Part shown: positions 19,072 to 28,084 of the stretch, one piece after another
How positions within the stretch are numbered: position 1 is the stretch's first letter
Layout: each line of letters opens with the position of its first letter
Assembly: GCA_035314345.1 (NCBI GenBank)
Contig: DATFZQ010000068.1
Coordinates: 7,765 to 71,764 of the forward strand
Reading direction: 5' to 3'
Length of the DNA: 64,000 nt
From: Candidatus Acidiferrum sp.
GTDB taxonomy: Bacteria > Acidobacteriota > Terriglobia > Acidiferrales > UBA7541
Notes under the pieces: model-generated
Told to the model about the DNA's origin: nothing
Database searches by the model: none
What the model saw: the letters and a program-made list of their open reading frames with translations, nothing else
Made by a program: the position numbers and the translations under genes

Positions 19072-19932
19072 ATGGGCGTTTCGAATGATGGCTTTCTGCT
19101 CTCGTTAGGCAAGCGCGTGCGTGAATTGCGGAACCGGCGAGGCCTGACGCGCAAAATGATGGCGCGCGAAGCGGAGGTATCGGAACGGCATTTAGCGCAA
19201 CTCGAGGCTGGCGAAGGAAATGTCTCGATCGTGCTTTTGCGGAGGATCGCGGCTGCGCTCCATGTGTCTCTTGCGGAACTATTCGCGCCGGAAGCGGAAA
19301 CGAGGCATGAAAAGATTTTGATACAGAGATTTCTCGAGCGGCTTCCGGCGCATCGCGTCGAGGAAGCGATGTCTCGATTGCTGCGCGAATTTGGCGACGA
19401 AGAAGCGGCGCGGCGGGAGCGCGTGGCGCTTATCGGATTGCGTGGAGCGGGCAAATCGACATTGGGATTGCGGTTGGGCCAGGAGACGAACATTCCGTTC
19501 ATCGAACTGGACCGCGAGATTGAGAAAGATACGGGTATGCCGCTTGGAGAAATCTTTTCGCTTTACGGGCAGACCGGTTATCGAGCCATCGAACGGCGCT
19601 CGCTGGAACGCGTCCTTCATGAGCGGGGACGGGCGATTCTTTCTGTCGGCGGAGGCGTCGTCTCGGAAAAAGAGACTTACGATTACCTGCTTTCGAATTG
19701 CTACACGGTGTGGCTCAAGGCGCAACCGGAAGAACACATGGCGCGCGTGATCGCGCAAGGCGATTTGCGCGCGATTGCAGGCGGCAATCAAGCAATGGAG
19801 GATTTGCGGCGAATTCTTAAAGCGCGGGAGCCGCTCTACCGGAAGGCTGACATGTATCTCGACACCTCGGGGAATTCCGTCGAAGAAAGCTTTGTGAAGC
19901 TGAAGGCCGCTTTGCAGGCCAAGCAAGAATAG
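19072..19932 (+). CDS. boxR: BzdR/BoxR family regulator (XRE HTH + shikimate kinase-like domain)
   Basis: VSERHLAQLEAGEGNVSI HTH; ALIGLRGAGKSTLG P-loop; start may instead be GTG 19027. Confidence 0.9.
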   Translation: MGVSNDGFLLSLGKRVRELRNRRGLTRKMMAREAEVSERHLAQLEAGEGNVSIVLLRRIAAALHVSLAELFAPEAETRHEKILIQRFLERLPAHRVEEAMSRLLREFGDEEAARRERVALIGLRGAGKSTLGLRLGQETNIPFIELDREIEKDTGMPLGEIFSLYGQTGYRAIERRSLERVLHERGRAILSVGGGVVSEKETYDYLLSNCYTVWLKAQPEEHMARVIAQGDLRAIAGGNQAMEDLRRILKAREPLYRKADMYLDTSGNSVEESFVKLKAALQAKQE

Positions 19933-19941
19933 GAGGATCAC

Positions 19942-21624
19942 GTGGACATTGCCCCTACAGAACAGCTTCAGTCAAAAATGGAACCGCCGGATTACCGGAC
20001 GGAGCCGAGCAAGTACAAACATTGGCGGCTCGGTTTCGACGGGCCGGTAGCGACGCTGACGATGGACGTGGCGGAAGATGGCGGACTACGGCCTGGCTAT
20101 AAGCTGAAATTGAATTCCTACGACCTTGGCGTGGACATTGAGCTACACGACGCATTGCAGCGGATCCGATTTGAGCATCCGGAGATTCGTTCGGTGATTA
20201 TCACCAGCGCGAAGAACCGGATTTTTTGTTCGGGCGCGAATATTTATATGCTGGGGCTTTCCTCGCATGCGTGGAAAGTCAATTTCTGCAAGTTCACCAA
20301 CGAAACGCGGAATGGGATTGAGGATTCGAGCGCGCACTCCGGATTGAAATTTCTTGCGGCGTGCAATGGGACGACGGCGGGAGGCGGTTACGAGCTGGCG
20401 CTGGCTTGCGATGAGATCATTTTAGTGGATGACCGCTCGTCGGCCGTCAGCTTGCCGGAACTTCCGCTGTTGGGGGTTCTGCCGGGCACCGGCGGTTTGA
20501 CGCGCGTTACGGATAAGCGAAAAGTGCGGCGCGACTATGCGGATATGTTCTGCACAAATCCAGACGGGGTGCGCGGACAGCGAGCGAAAGATTGGCGGCT
20601 GGTGGATGAAGTGGTGAAGCCACAACAATTTTCCGAGCACGTAAAGCAGCGGGCCCTGAAACTCGCGGAGCAGAGCGATCGGCCCACTGACGCGAAAGGC
20701 GTGGCGCTGACGCCAGTGAAACGCACGGTCGATGAAGCAGGTCTGCATTACGAATACATTGACGCCCACTTGAATCGCGATGCGCGCACGGTGACGCTGA
20801 CGGTCCGCGCGCCAGAGTCAGTCCTTGAATACACGGTGGAGAATGCGGTGGCAGCGGGGGCCAGTTGGTGGCCGCTGCAGATGGCCAGACAGTTGGATGA
20901 TGCTATCTTGACGCTGCGCACGACGGAGCTTGACTTAGGCTTATGGATTCTTAAAGCGACCGGGAATTCCGACGCGGTACTGGCGGCTGACGAATTTCTC
21001 TTGAATCACCAAGAGAATTGGTTTGTGCGAGAAGTCTTGGGTATGATGCGGCGGACGTTTGCGCGAATCGATGTTTCGTCGCGGTCCTTGTATGCGATTG
21101 TCGAACCCGGTTCATGCTTTGCGGGAACTCTTTTCGAATTGGCGCTGGCAGCCGACAGGATTTATATGCGCGAATCGCAGGACGGCGAAAACATCGCCAC
21201 CGTAGTTCTGTCGCGAATGAACTTCGGGCCTCTACCGATGGTGAATGGTCTTTCGAGAATGGCAGCGCGTTTCTACCAGGATTCCGCGCAAGTCGATAGC
21301 TTACGGACCTTGATTGGAAAAACGCTGACAGTTCACCAAGCGATGGACTCAGGCTTCGTTACGGCCGCACCTGATGATCTGGATTGGGAAGACGAGATTC
21401 GACAGGCGCTGGAGTCGCGTGCCGCGCTATCGCCGGATGCGCTGACCGGCCTCGAGGCGAACTTGCGCTTTGGAATCAACGAAACTCTCGAAACGCGCGT
21501 TTTCGGACGATTGTCGGCTTGGCAGAACTGGATTTTCATTCGACCAAACGCGGTGGGAACAAACGGGGCGTTGAAAGTTTATGGAACGGGCGCGCCAGTG
21601 AAATTCAATTGGGAAAGAGTTTAA
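19942..21624 (+). CDS. boxC: 2,3-epoxybenzoyl-CoA dihydrolase
   Basis: LKLNSYDLGVDIELHDA, KVNFCKFTNETRN, FGRLSAWQNWIFIRPNAVG. Confidence 0.95.
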   Translation: MDIAPTEQLQSKMEPPDYRTEPSKYKHWRLGFDGPVATLTMDVAEDGGLRPGYKLKLNSYDLGVDIELHDALQRIRFEHPEIRSVIITSAKNRIFCSGANIYMLGLSSHAWKVNFCKFTNETRNGIEDSSAHSGLKFLAACNGTTAGGGYELALACDEIILVDDRSSAVSLPELPLLGVLPGTGGLTRVTDKRKVRRDYADMFCTNPDGVRGQRAKDWRLVDEVVKPQQFSEHVKQRALKLAEQSDRPTDAKGVALTPVKRTVDEAGLHYEYIDAHLNRDARTVTLTVRAPESVLEYTVENAVAAGASWWPLQMARQLDDAILTLRTTELDLGLWILKATGNSDAVLAADEFLLNHQENWFVREVLGMMRRTFARIDVSSRSLYAIVEPGSCFAGTLFELALAADRIYMRESQDGENIATVVLSRMNFGPLPMVNGLSRMAARFYQDSAQVDSLRTLIGKTLTVHQAMDSGFVTAAPDDLDWEDEIRQALESRAALSPDALTGLEANLRFGINETLETRVFGRLSAWQNWIFIRPNAVGTNGALKVYGTGAPVKFNWERV

Positions 21625-21691
21625 GAAGAGGAAGTAAAGCAGTAGGGGCGTAAAGAGGTAAGGAAAAAGAGCGTGGGAGCGGAGAACCATC

Positions 21692-23116
21692 ATGATTGAT
21701 TACACCGAGAAAATTCCGAACAACGTGGATTTGGGGAGGGATCGCGGCTTGCAGCGGGCGCTGGAACATTGGCAGCCGGCGTACATGGGCTGGTGGTACG
21801 ACATGGGTCCGAACGAGAGCCACAACTATGAGGTGTATTTGCGCACGGCGATCAGCGTGGAGCCGGATGGATGGGCTCAGTTTGATTATGTGAAGATGCC
21901 GGAATACCGCTGGGGAATTTTTTTGCAGCCCCGGGATGAGAAGCGCGAAGTGAATTTTGGGATTCACAAAGGGCAGCCGGCTTGGCAGGAAGTTCCTGGA
22001 GAATATAGGTCTACGTTGCGGCGCGTGATTGTGACGCAAGGGGACACAGAGCCAGCTTCTGTAGAACAGCAAAGGCTGCTGGGGTCGTCTTGCCCTTCGA
22101 TGTACGACCTACGAAATATTTTTCAGGTGAACGTAGAAGAAGGACGACACCTGTGGGCGATGGTGTATTTGTTGCACCGCTATTTTGGACGGGATGGGCG
22201 CGAGGAAGCGGAGGCTTTGCTCGCGAGGCGATCCGGCGATGCCGACAATCCCCGCATTCTTGGCGCATTCAATGAGCCAACGCCGGATTGGCTGGCGTTC
22301 TACATGTTTACGTTTTTTACTGACCGTGATGGAAAATTCCAGTTGTGCGCATTGGCGGAATCGGGATTCGACCCGCTTTCGCGGACCTGCCGGTTCATGC
22401 TGACTGAGGAAGCACATCACATGTTCGTCGGGGAGACAGGCGTAACGCGCATCATCAAGCGTACTTGCGAAGTGATGAAAGAGAACAAATTGGAAGACCC
22501 GGCACAAGTACGGGCGCTGGGAGTGATCGATCTGCAAACGATTCAGCGATACCTGAATTTTCACTACAGCGTGACGCTCGACCTTTACGGCTCGGATGTT
22601 TCTTCGAATGCGGCGAATTATTTCACGAACGGACTGAAGGGACGCTTTCGCGAGACGAAGCTCGAAGATGATCATGTGCTGAGCGATGCGGAGTACCTGG
22701 TATACGAGGTAATTGGCGACAAAATCGTAAAGAAGAATGTTCCGGCTCTAACGGCTCTGAACGAACGGTTGCGCGACGATTACATCGAAGAGATCGCGGA
22801 TGGGGTGGGGCGCTGGCAACGGGTGATCGACGAGGTGGGAATTCCGTTCAAGCTGGCGCTTCCTCATAAAGGATTTCACAGAGCAATTGGCAATTTTGCG
22901 GGGCACCACATTGGCGTGAACGGAGAGGTCTTGACGGCAGAGGCCTGGGAGAAGCGGAAGCATGAATGGTTGCCGAGCCCGGCGGACGAAAAGTTTGTGC
23001 AATCGTTGATGACGGGGCGCGTGGTGGAACCAGGGAAATTTGCGAACTGGATCGCGCCGCCGCTCCGTGGGATCAACAGCAAGCCTTTGGATTTTGAGTA
23101 TGTGCGGTTCAACTGA
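21692..23116 (+). CDS. boxB: Benzoyl-CoA 2,3-epoxidase, di-iron subunit
   Basis: TQGDTEPASVEQQ, VNVEEGRHLWAM, TDRDGK, MLTEEAHHM di-iron motifs. Confidence 0.95.
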   Translation: MIDYTEKIPNNVDLGRDRGLQRALEHWQPAYMGWWYDMGPNESHNYEVYLRTAISVEPDGWAQFDYVKMPEYRWGIFLQPRDEKREVNFGIHKGQPAWQEVPGEYRSTLRRVIVTQGDTEPASVEQQRLLGSSCPSMYDLRNIFQVNVEEGRHLWAMVYLLHRYFGRDGREEAEALLARRSGDADNPRILGAFNEPTPDWLAFYMFTFFTDRDGKFQLCALAESGFDPLSRTCRFMLTEEAHHMFVGETGVTRIIKRTCEVMKENKLEDPAQVRALGVIDLQTIQRYLNFHYSVTLDLYGSDVSSNAANYFTNGLKGRFRETKLEDDHVLSDAEYLVYEVIGDKIVKKNVPALTALNERLRDDYIEEIADGVGRWQRVIDEVGIPFKLALPHKGFHRAIGNFAGHHIGVNGEVLTAEAWEKRKHEWLPSPADEKFVQSLMTGRVVEPGKFANWIAPPLRGINSKPLDFEYVRFN

Positions 23117-23151
23117 CGGACGACGATCTTTTTTTCCGAGGAAACAAATAC

Positions 23152-24000
23152 TTGCAACCGATCATCGACATCCACATTCACATCATGCCTTATCACATGA
23201 TGAAACCTTCCGCGATGGCCTTGATGAAACACGGGCGGAAAGACTACGCGGATGTGATGCGCTACTGCGAGGATTCAAAGGCGTTTCTGGCGCACCTGGA
23301 TAGTCTTGGGATTGAGCGCGCAGGCTTGATCAACTACGTTGCGCCGAAAATCATCGGGTTCACACCCGAGGTGAATGATTGGAGCGCGAAGTATTGCAGC
23401 GCTGCGCCGGATCGATTGATTGCGTTTGGCGGTGTGCTGCCGGGGACGGTACCCGATGCGGGAGCGGAAGTGGATCGCATGGCGAAGATTGGGATTCGCG
23501 CGATCAAACTACACCCGTCGCACCAAGTACTCACGCCGAATTCGTACATGAACGGAAACACGGGTTTGGCGGCGATTTACGAGCGTGCGCAGGCCAACGG
23601 AATGCCGGTGATGATTCATACAGGGACTTCGATTTTTCCTGGCGCGAGAAACTTGCACGCGCAGCCGATGTTGTGCGACGACGTGAGCATCGATTATCCG
23701 AATCTTGTAGTGATTCTCGCGCATGGAGGAAGGCCGCTGTGGATGAACGAAGCGTTTTTTCTGGTGCGGCGGCATAAGAATATGTACATGGATATTTCGG
23801 GGATACCACCGCAGAAATTGATGGAGTATTTTCCGAGGATTGAGGACATCGCAGACAAAGTTTTGTGGGGAACGGATTGGCCGGGACCTGGAGTGCCGGA
23901 AATCAAGGGCAACATCGAGAAGTTTCGCGCGCTGCCGATTGGGGCGGAGGCGAAGCGCAAGATTTTGTATCACAATGCGGCACGATTGTTTCCGAAGTGA
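23152..24000 (+). CDS. Amidohydrolase_2 family metalloenzyme
   Basis: IDIHIH, KLHP, IHTG, LAHGG, WGTDWP. Confidence 0.85.
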   Translation: MQPIIDIHIHIMPYHMMKPSAMALMKHGRKDYADVMRYCEDSKAFLAHLDSLGIERAGLINYVAPKIIGFTPEVNDWSAKYCSAAPDRLIAFGGVLPGTVPDAGAEVDRMAKIGIRAIKLHPSHQVLTPNSYMNGNTGLAAIYERAQANGMPVMIHTGTSIFPGARNLHAQPMLCDDVSIDYPNLVVILAHGGRPLWMNEAFFLVRRHKNMYMDISGIPPQKLMEYFPRIEDIADKVLWGTDWPGPGVPEIKGNIEKFRALPIGAEAKRKILYHNAARLFPK

Positions 24001-24039
24001 GCGCGGGCTAGGCGATTCTGCTGGAAGAGGTGAATTGAA

Positions 24040-24555
24040 GTGATTTCGATTACGCTGCCTACCGAATCGCAGAAGTCGGCGCACATCCGGCTGAGGCTGA
24101 ATGGCGAGGAGACGGACGTTTCGTTTGCGCCGTACAAGACATTGCTGGAAGTGCTTCGCGAGGATCTGGGGCACACGGGAACGAAGCATGGATGTGAACT
24201 CGGCGAGTGCGGGGCTTGCGCGGTTTTGGTGGAAGGCAAGCCGGTGCTTTCGTGTTTGCTGCTGGCGCTCGAGTGCGACAAGAAGAGCGTTCTGACGGTC
24301 GAGGGCCTTGGGACGGACGGTAAATTGCATCCTTTGCAGGATGCGTTTGCGGATTTAGGGGCGGCACAGTGCGGCTATTGTACGCCGGCGATTTTGGTTA
24401 CGGCAAAAGCGCTGCTCGATCAGAACCCAAATCCTTCGCGGGACCAGATTCGCGAAGCGCTGTCCGGAAACTTGTGCCGTTGCACGGGATATCAACAGAT
24501 TTTTGAGGCCGTAGAAGCGGCCATCGTCAAGATCGCGGGCGAAAGAAATGACTGA
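24040..24555 (+). CDS. hcrC: 2x[2Fe-2S] subunit, 4-hydroxybenzoyl-CoA reductase gamma-like
   Basis: GCELGECGAC..C, QCGYC..NLCRC. Confidence 0.75.
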   Translation: MISITLPTESQKSAHIRLRLNGEETDVSFAPYKTLLEVLREDLGHTGTKHGCELGECGACAVLVEGKPVLSCLLLALECDKKSVLTVEGLGTDGKLHPLQDAFADLGAAQCGYCTPAILVTAKALLDQNPNPSRDQIREALSGNLCRCTGYQQIFEAVEAAIVKIAGERND

Positions 24556-27019
24556 TGAGAAAAAGATGCGTGTCATCGGCGTTCCGCGACGCAGAGTGGA
24601 CGCGCGTGCGAAAGTTACGGGGCAGACGCGCTTTGCGGACGATATTGTTTTGCCGCGAATGGCATATTGCAAGCTGCTGCGATCGCCGCATCCCCATGCG
24701 CGTATCCGGAAAATTGACTCATCGCGAGCGACGGCTCATCCCGGAGTTTATTTAGTCCTCAGCGGAAAAGATCTCCCCATCGAATATGGGATTTTGCCGG
24801 TCAGCGAGGACGAGCAGGCGCTTTGCGTGGATCACGTGCGGCATGTCGGCGACCCGGTGGCTGCGGTTATCGCGCGTGAGGAGTTGACAGCGTTCGAAGC
24901 GCTGGGCTTGATTGATGTTGAGTACGAAATGCTGACGACCATCTCCGACCCGGAAGAGGCGCTGGCGACTCCTGCGCCACGGATTCATGACTACGGCGAA
25001 GAAGGAAACATTCATAAGCGCGTGTCACTGGAATTTGGTGATGTGGAGCAAGGGTTTGCAGATGCGGATGAAGTGTTCGAGGATACCTTTTTCTATCAGG
25101 GCAACACACATCTTCCGATCGAGCAGCACGCTTCCGTCGCGATAAAAGATCCCGAGGGGAAGCTGACGATTTGGAGCAGCACGCAGACACCGCATTACCT
25201 GCATCGCGCGCTTGCGAAAGTTTTGCGAATGCTGCCGGGGCATATTCGCGTAATCGCCACACCGAACGGCGGAGGATTTGGCGGGAAGAGCGATCCGTTT
25301 AATCACGAAATTGTGGTGGCAAAGGCGGCGCTGCTGCTGGACCGGCCCGTGAAGATTTGTTTGACGCGCGAGGAGGTTTTTTATTGCCATCGCGGCAGGC
25401 ATCCGGTGCTGATGAAATTCAAAACCGGAGTGAAGAAGGACGGCACCATCACGGGCATGCATTTGCAAACGCTGATCGACGGCGGCGCGTATGGTTCGTA
25501 CGGCGTTGCGAGCACGTTTTATACAGGCGCGCTGCAGACGACGACGTATCACATTCCACGATACAAATTTCAAGGATGCCGAACATTTACGAATAAACCG
25601 CCGTGCGGGCCGAAACGCGGCCATGGAACAGTGCAACCGCGCTTCGGGCAAGAAGTGCAGCTGGACAAGATTGCAGAGAAGTTGAGTATCGATCCTGCGG
25701 ATTTGCGGTTGCGGATTGCGGAATCTTCGAATGCGGTGACGGCGAATTTCTTCCGGCTGAGCGTGGTCAATCTTTCGGAATGCATCCGCCGCGTCGTGAA
25801 GAATTCGGATTGGAAGGAAAAGTTCCGCAAGCTGCCGGAGGGCCGCGGGGTGGGGCTGGCTTGCTCCGCGTATCTGACGGGAGCGGGACTGCCCATCTAT
25901 TGGAACAAGATGCCGCACTCTGGAGTGCACATCAAATTTGACCGTGGTGGAGGTGTGGCGGTTTTCTGTGGTGCTACGGAGATCGGCCAGGGGTCAGATG
26001 ATGTGCTCGCAGGAATCGTCGCGGAAGTTTTGGGACTGGACACGTTTGACATTCGATTGTACACCGGCGACACGGATTTGGGGCCCGTGGATTTGGGATC
26101 GTATTCGAGCAGAGTGACGATCATGGCGGGCAACGCGGCTTTGCAAGCGGCGGAGCGCGGGAGAGCGATCATCGCGGAAGCGGTCGCGGAAAGGCTTGCA
26201 ATTCCGAAAGAGCGATTACGGTTCGCGGACAAACGCGTTTTCGATTCGGCTGCGCCGGAAAAAGGCGTCACGTTTGGGGAGGCAGTGCGTTTGGCGGAGG
26301 CGCGGTTTGGCACGATTGGCACGATGGGTTCGTACACTCCACCGAAATCTCCTGCGCTTTATAAGGGTGGCGGCGTCGGCCCGTCCCCCACGTATTCGTA
26401 CACCGCCGCGGTCGTCGAGGTGATCGTCAACCCGGCGACTGGATGGATTACTGTGCCGAAGATTTGGATCGCGCATGACATTGGATGCGCATTGAATCCA
26501 ACGCTGGTGCGTGGACAGGTGGAAGGCAGCGTTTACATGGGTCTGGGGGAAGCGCTGATGGAGGAGCAGGAGTTCCGGCGGCTACCGAAGAAACTTTCGC
26601 ACGCGTTGGTGCACAAATTTCCGTCGATGCTGGAGTACAAAAGTCCGACGTCGCTGGACATGCCGGAAGTAATGACGGAGCTGATCGAGGAGCCTGATCC
26701 GCGCGGGCCGTTTGGAGCGAAGGAAGTCGGCCAGGGACCGCTTTTGCCGATAATGCCGGCGGTCGCGAACGCCGTTTACGATGCAGTGGGCGTGAGGATT
26801 GATGAGGTGCCGATCACGCCGGAAAAAATCATGAAAGCGCTTGCGGAAAAGAAGGCGAGTCGCGAGCCGCGATTTGGACCGAGCCATTTTCCGCATGTGG
26901 ACTGGCCGGAAGCGCTGCGCGTTCCTCCTCCTTGGGAAGGCGGAGACGGGAACGCGGTGAACGATGTGCCGCGGCCGTCGAAACCCAAGCCTGAAAAAGA
27001 AAAGGTGCTCAGCTCATGA
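24548..27019 (+). CDS. hcrA: Molybdopterin subunit, 4-hydroxybenzoyl-CoA reductase alpha-like
   Basis: XDH-family GGGFGGK, RGHG, EIGQG, SYSSR, GQVEG, GAKEVGQG; overlaps both neighbours. Confidence 0.7.
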   Translation: MTDEKKMRVIGVPRRRVDARAKVTGQTRFADDIVLPRMAYCKLLRSPHPHARIRKIDSSRATAHPGVYLVLSGKDLPIEYGILPVSEDEQALCVDHVRHVGDPVAAVIAREELTAFEALGLIDVEYEMLTTISDPEEALATPAPRIHDYGEEGNIHKRVSLEFGDVEQGFADADEVFEDTFFYQGNTHLPIEQHASVAIKDPEGKLTIWSSTQTPHYLHRALAKVLRMLPGHIRVIATPNGGGFGGKSDPFNHEIVVAKAALLLDRPVKICLTREEVFYCHRGRHPVLMKFKTGVKKDGTITGMHLQTLIDGGAYGSYGVASTFYTGALQTTTYHIPRYKFQGCRTFTNKPPCGPKRGHGTVQPRFGQEVQLDKIAEKLSIDPADLRLRIAESSNAVTANFFRLSVVNLSECIRRVVKNSDWKEKFRKLPEGRGVGLACSAYLTGAGLPIYWNKMPHSGVHIKFDRGGGVAVFCGATEIGQGSDDVLAGIVAEVLGLDTFDIRLYTGDTDLGPVDLGSYSSRVTIMAGNAALQAAERGRAIIAEAVAERLAIPKERLRFADKRVFDSAAPEKGVTFGEAVRLAEARFGTIGTMGSYTPPKSPALYKGGGVGPSPTYSYTAAVVEVIVNPATGWITVPKIWIAHDIGCALNPTLVRGQVEGSVYMGLGEALMEEQEFRRLPKKLSHALVHKFPSMLEYKSPTSLDMPEVMTELIEEPDPRGPFGAKEVGQGPLLPIMPAVANAVYDAVGVRIDEVPITPEKIMKALAEKKASREPRFGPSHFPHVDWPEALRVPPPWEGGDGNAVNDVPRPSKPKPEKEKVLSS

Positions 27020-28044
27020 TGCGCCTTCCACTTTTCGACTTTCGAGCGCCGCGGACATTAGAGGAAGCCGCACGCATACTGGACGGCGAGGGCACGCAAG
27101 CTATGCCGCTTGCAGGCGGCACGGATCTGCTGCCGAACATGAAGCGAAGGCAACAAGTTCCGAAGACGCTGATGAGCCTGCGTTACATCGAAGAGTTAAA
27201 TCACATTCGAATGGAACACTCTGGGTCGCGGCTAGGCGCTTGCGTCACGCTTGCCGATATTGCGGCGAACATGCACTTTCGAAACGGTCTGACCGCGCTG
27301 GCGCAGGCGGCTTCTCTAGTAGCCACGCCGCATATTCGAAACATGGCCACGCTCGGAGGAAATCTTTGCCTCGATACGCGGTGCAACTATTACGATCAGA
27401 ATTATGAGTGGCGAAAGGCGATCGACTTTTGCCTGAAAAAAGACGGCGACACGTGCTGGGTTGCGCCAGGAAGCCCAAAGTGTATGGCAGTTTCCTCGAC
27501 AGACACGGCACCGGCGTTGATCGCTCTTGGCGGGCGAGTCCGCCTGGTTTCGCGGACCGGAGAACGTGAAGTTTTACTCGCGGATCTTTACAACAATGAT
27601 GGTTTGGACTACATCAAGCGGAAGCCGAATGAAATTCTGGCGGAAGTCTTGGTGGATTCTCGCCACGGATGGAAGAGCACTTACTGGAAATTGCGTCGGC
27701 GAGGCTCGTTTGACTTTCCAGTATTGTCCGTTGCCGCAGCCGCGCGCATTTCCGAAAGTGGCGTTATTGAAGACGTTCGCATTGTGATTGGTTCTGCGGC
27801 ATCGCGGCCACTAGTCGCAGTGGACGCTGCAACATTCCTCGTAGGCCGCACCTTGAACACGGATTCGATTGCAGAAGCCGCAGTTCTTGCGGCTCGCATC
27901 GCTAAGCCGCTGGACAATACGGACTTCGATATGAGCTGGCGCAAAAAAGTGACTGGAGAGTTTGTGACCTTTGCCTTGCGGGAACTGCAGGGCGACGATG
28001 TCCGTAGCGAACGCGAAAGTTTCATGCGCACGCGCTCTCTTTAA
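27016..28044 (+). CDS. hcrB: FAD/[4Fe-4S] subunit, 4-hydroxybenzoyl-CoA reductase beta-like
   Basis: AGGTDLL, ATLGGNLC and a C-x15-C-x7-C-x8-C insertion; KLRRRGSFDFP. Confidence 0.78.
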   Translation: MMRLPLFDFRAPRTLEEAARILDGEGTQAMPLAGGTDLLPNMKRRQQVPKTLMSLRYIEELNHIRMEHSGSRLGACVTLADIAANMHFRNGLTALAQAASLVATPHIRNMATLGGNLCLDTRCNYYDQNYEWRKAIDFCLKKDGDTCWVAPGSPKCMAVSSTDTAPALIALGGRVRLVSRTGEREVLLADLYNNDGLDYIKRKPNEILAEVLVDSRHGWKSTYWKLRRRGSFDFPVLSVAAAARISESGVIEDVRIVIGSAASRPLVAVDAATFLVGRTLNTDSIAEAAVLAARIAKPLDNTDFDMSWRKKVTGEFVTFALRELQGDDVRSERESFMRTRSL

Positions 28045-28084
28045 TCGCCGAGGAACTTCTCTTCCCCAATTCCCCGTAACTCTG

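Noticed and set aside
24040-28044. CO dehydrogenase, xanthine dehydrogenase or PaoABC
   Set aside because: No AYxCSFR/AYRGAGR loop, no Tat signal on the small subunit, and the [4Fe-4S] Cys spacing is HcrB-type
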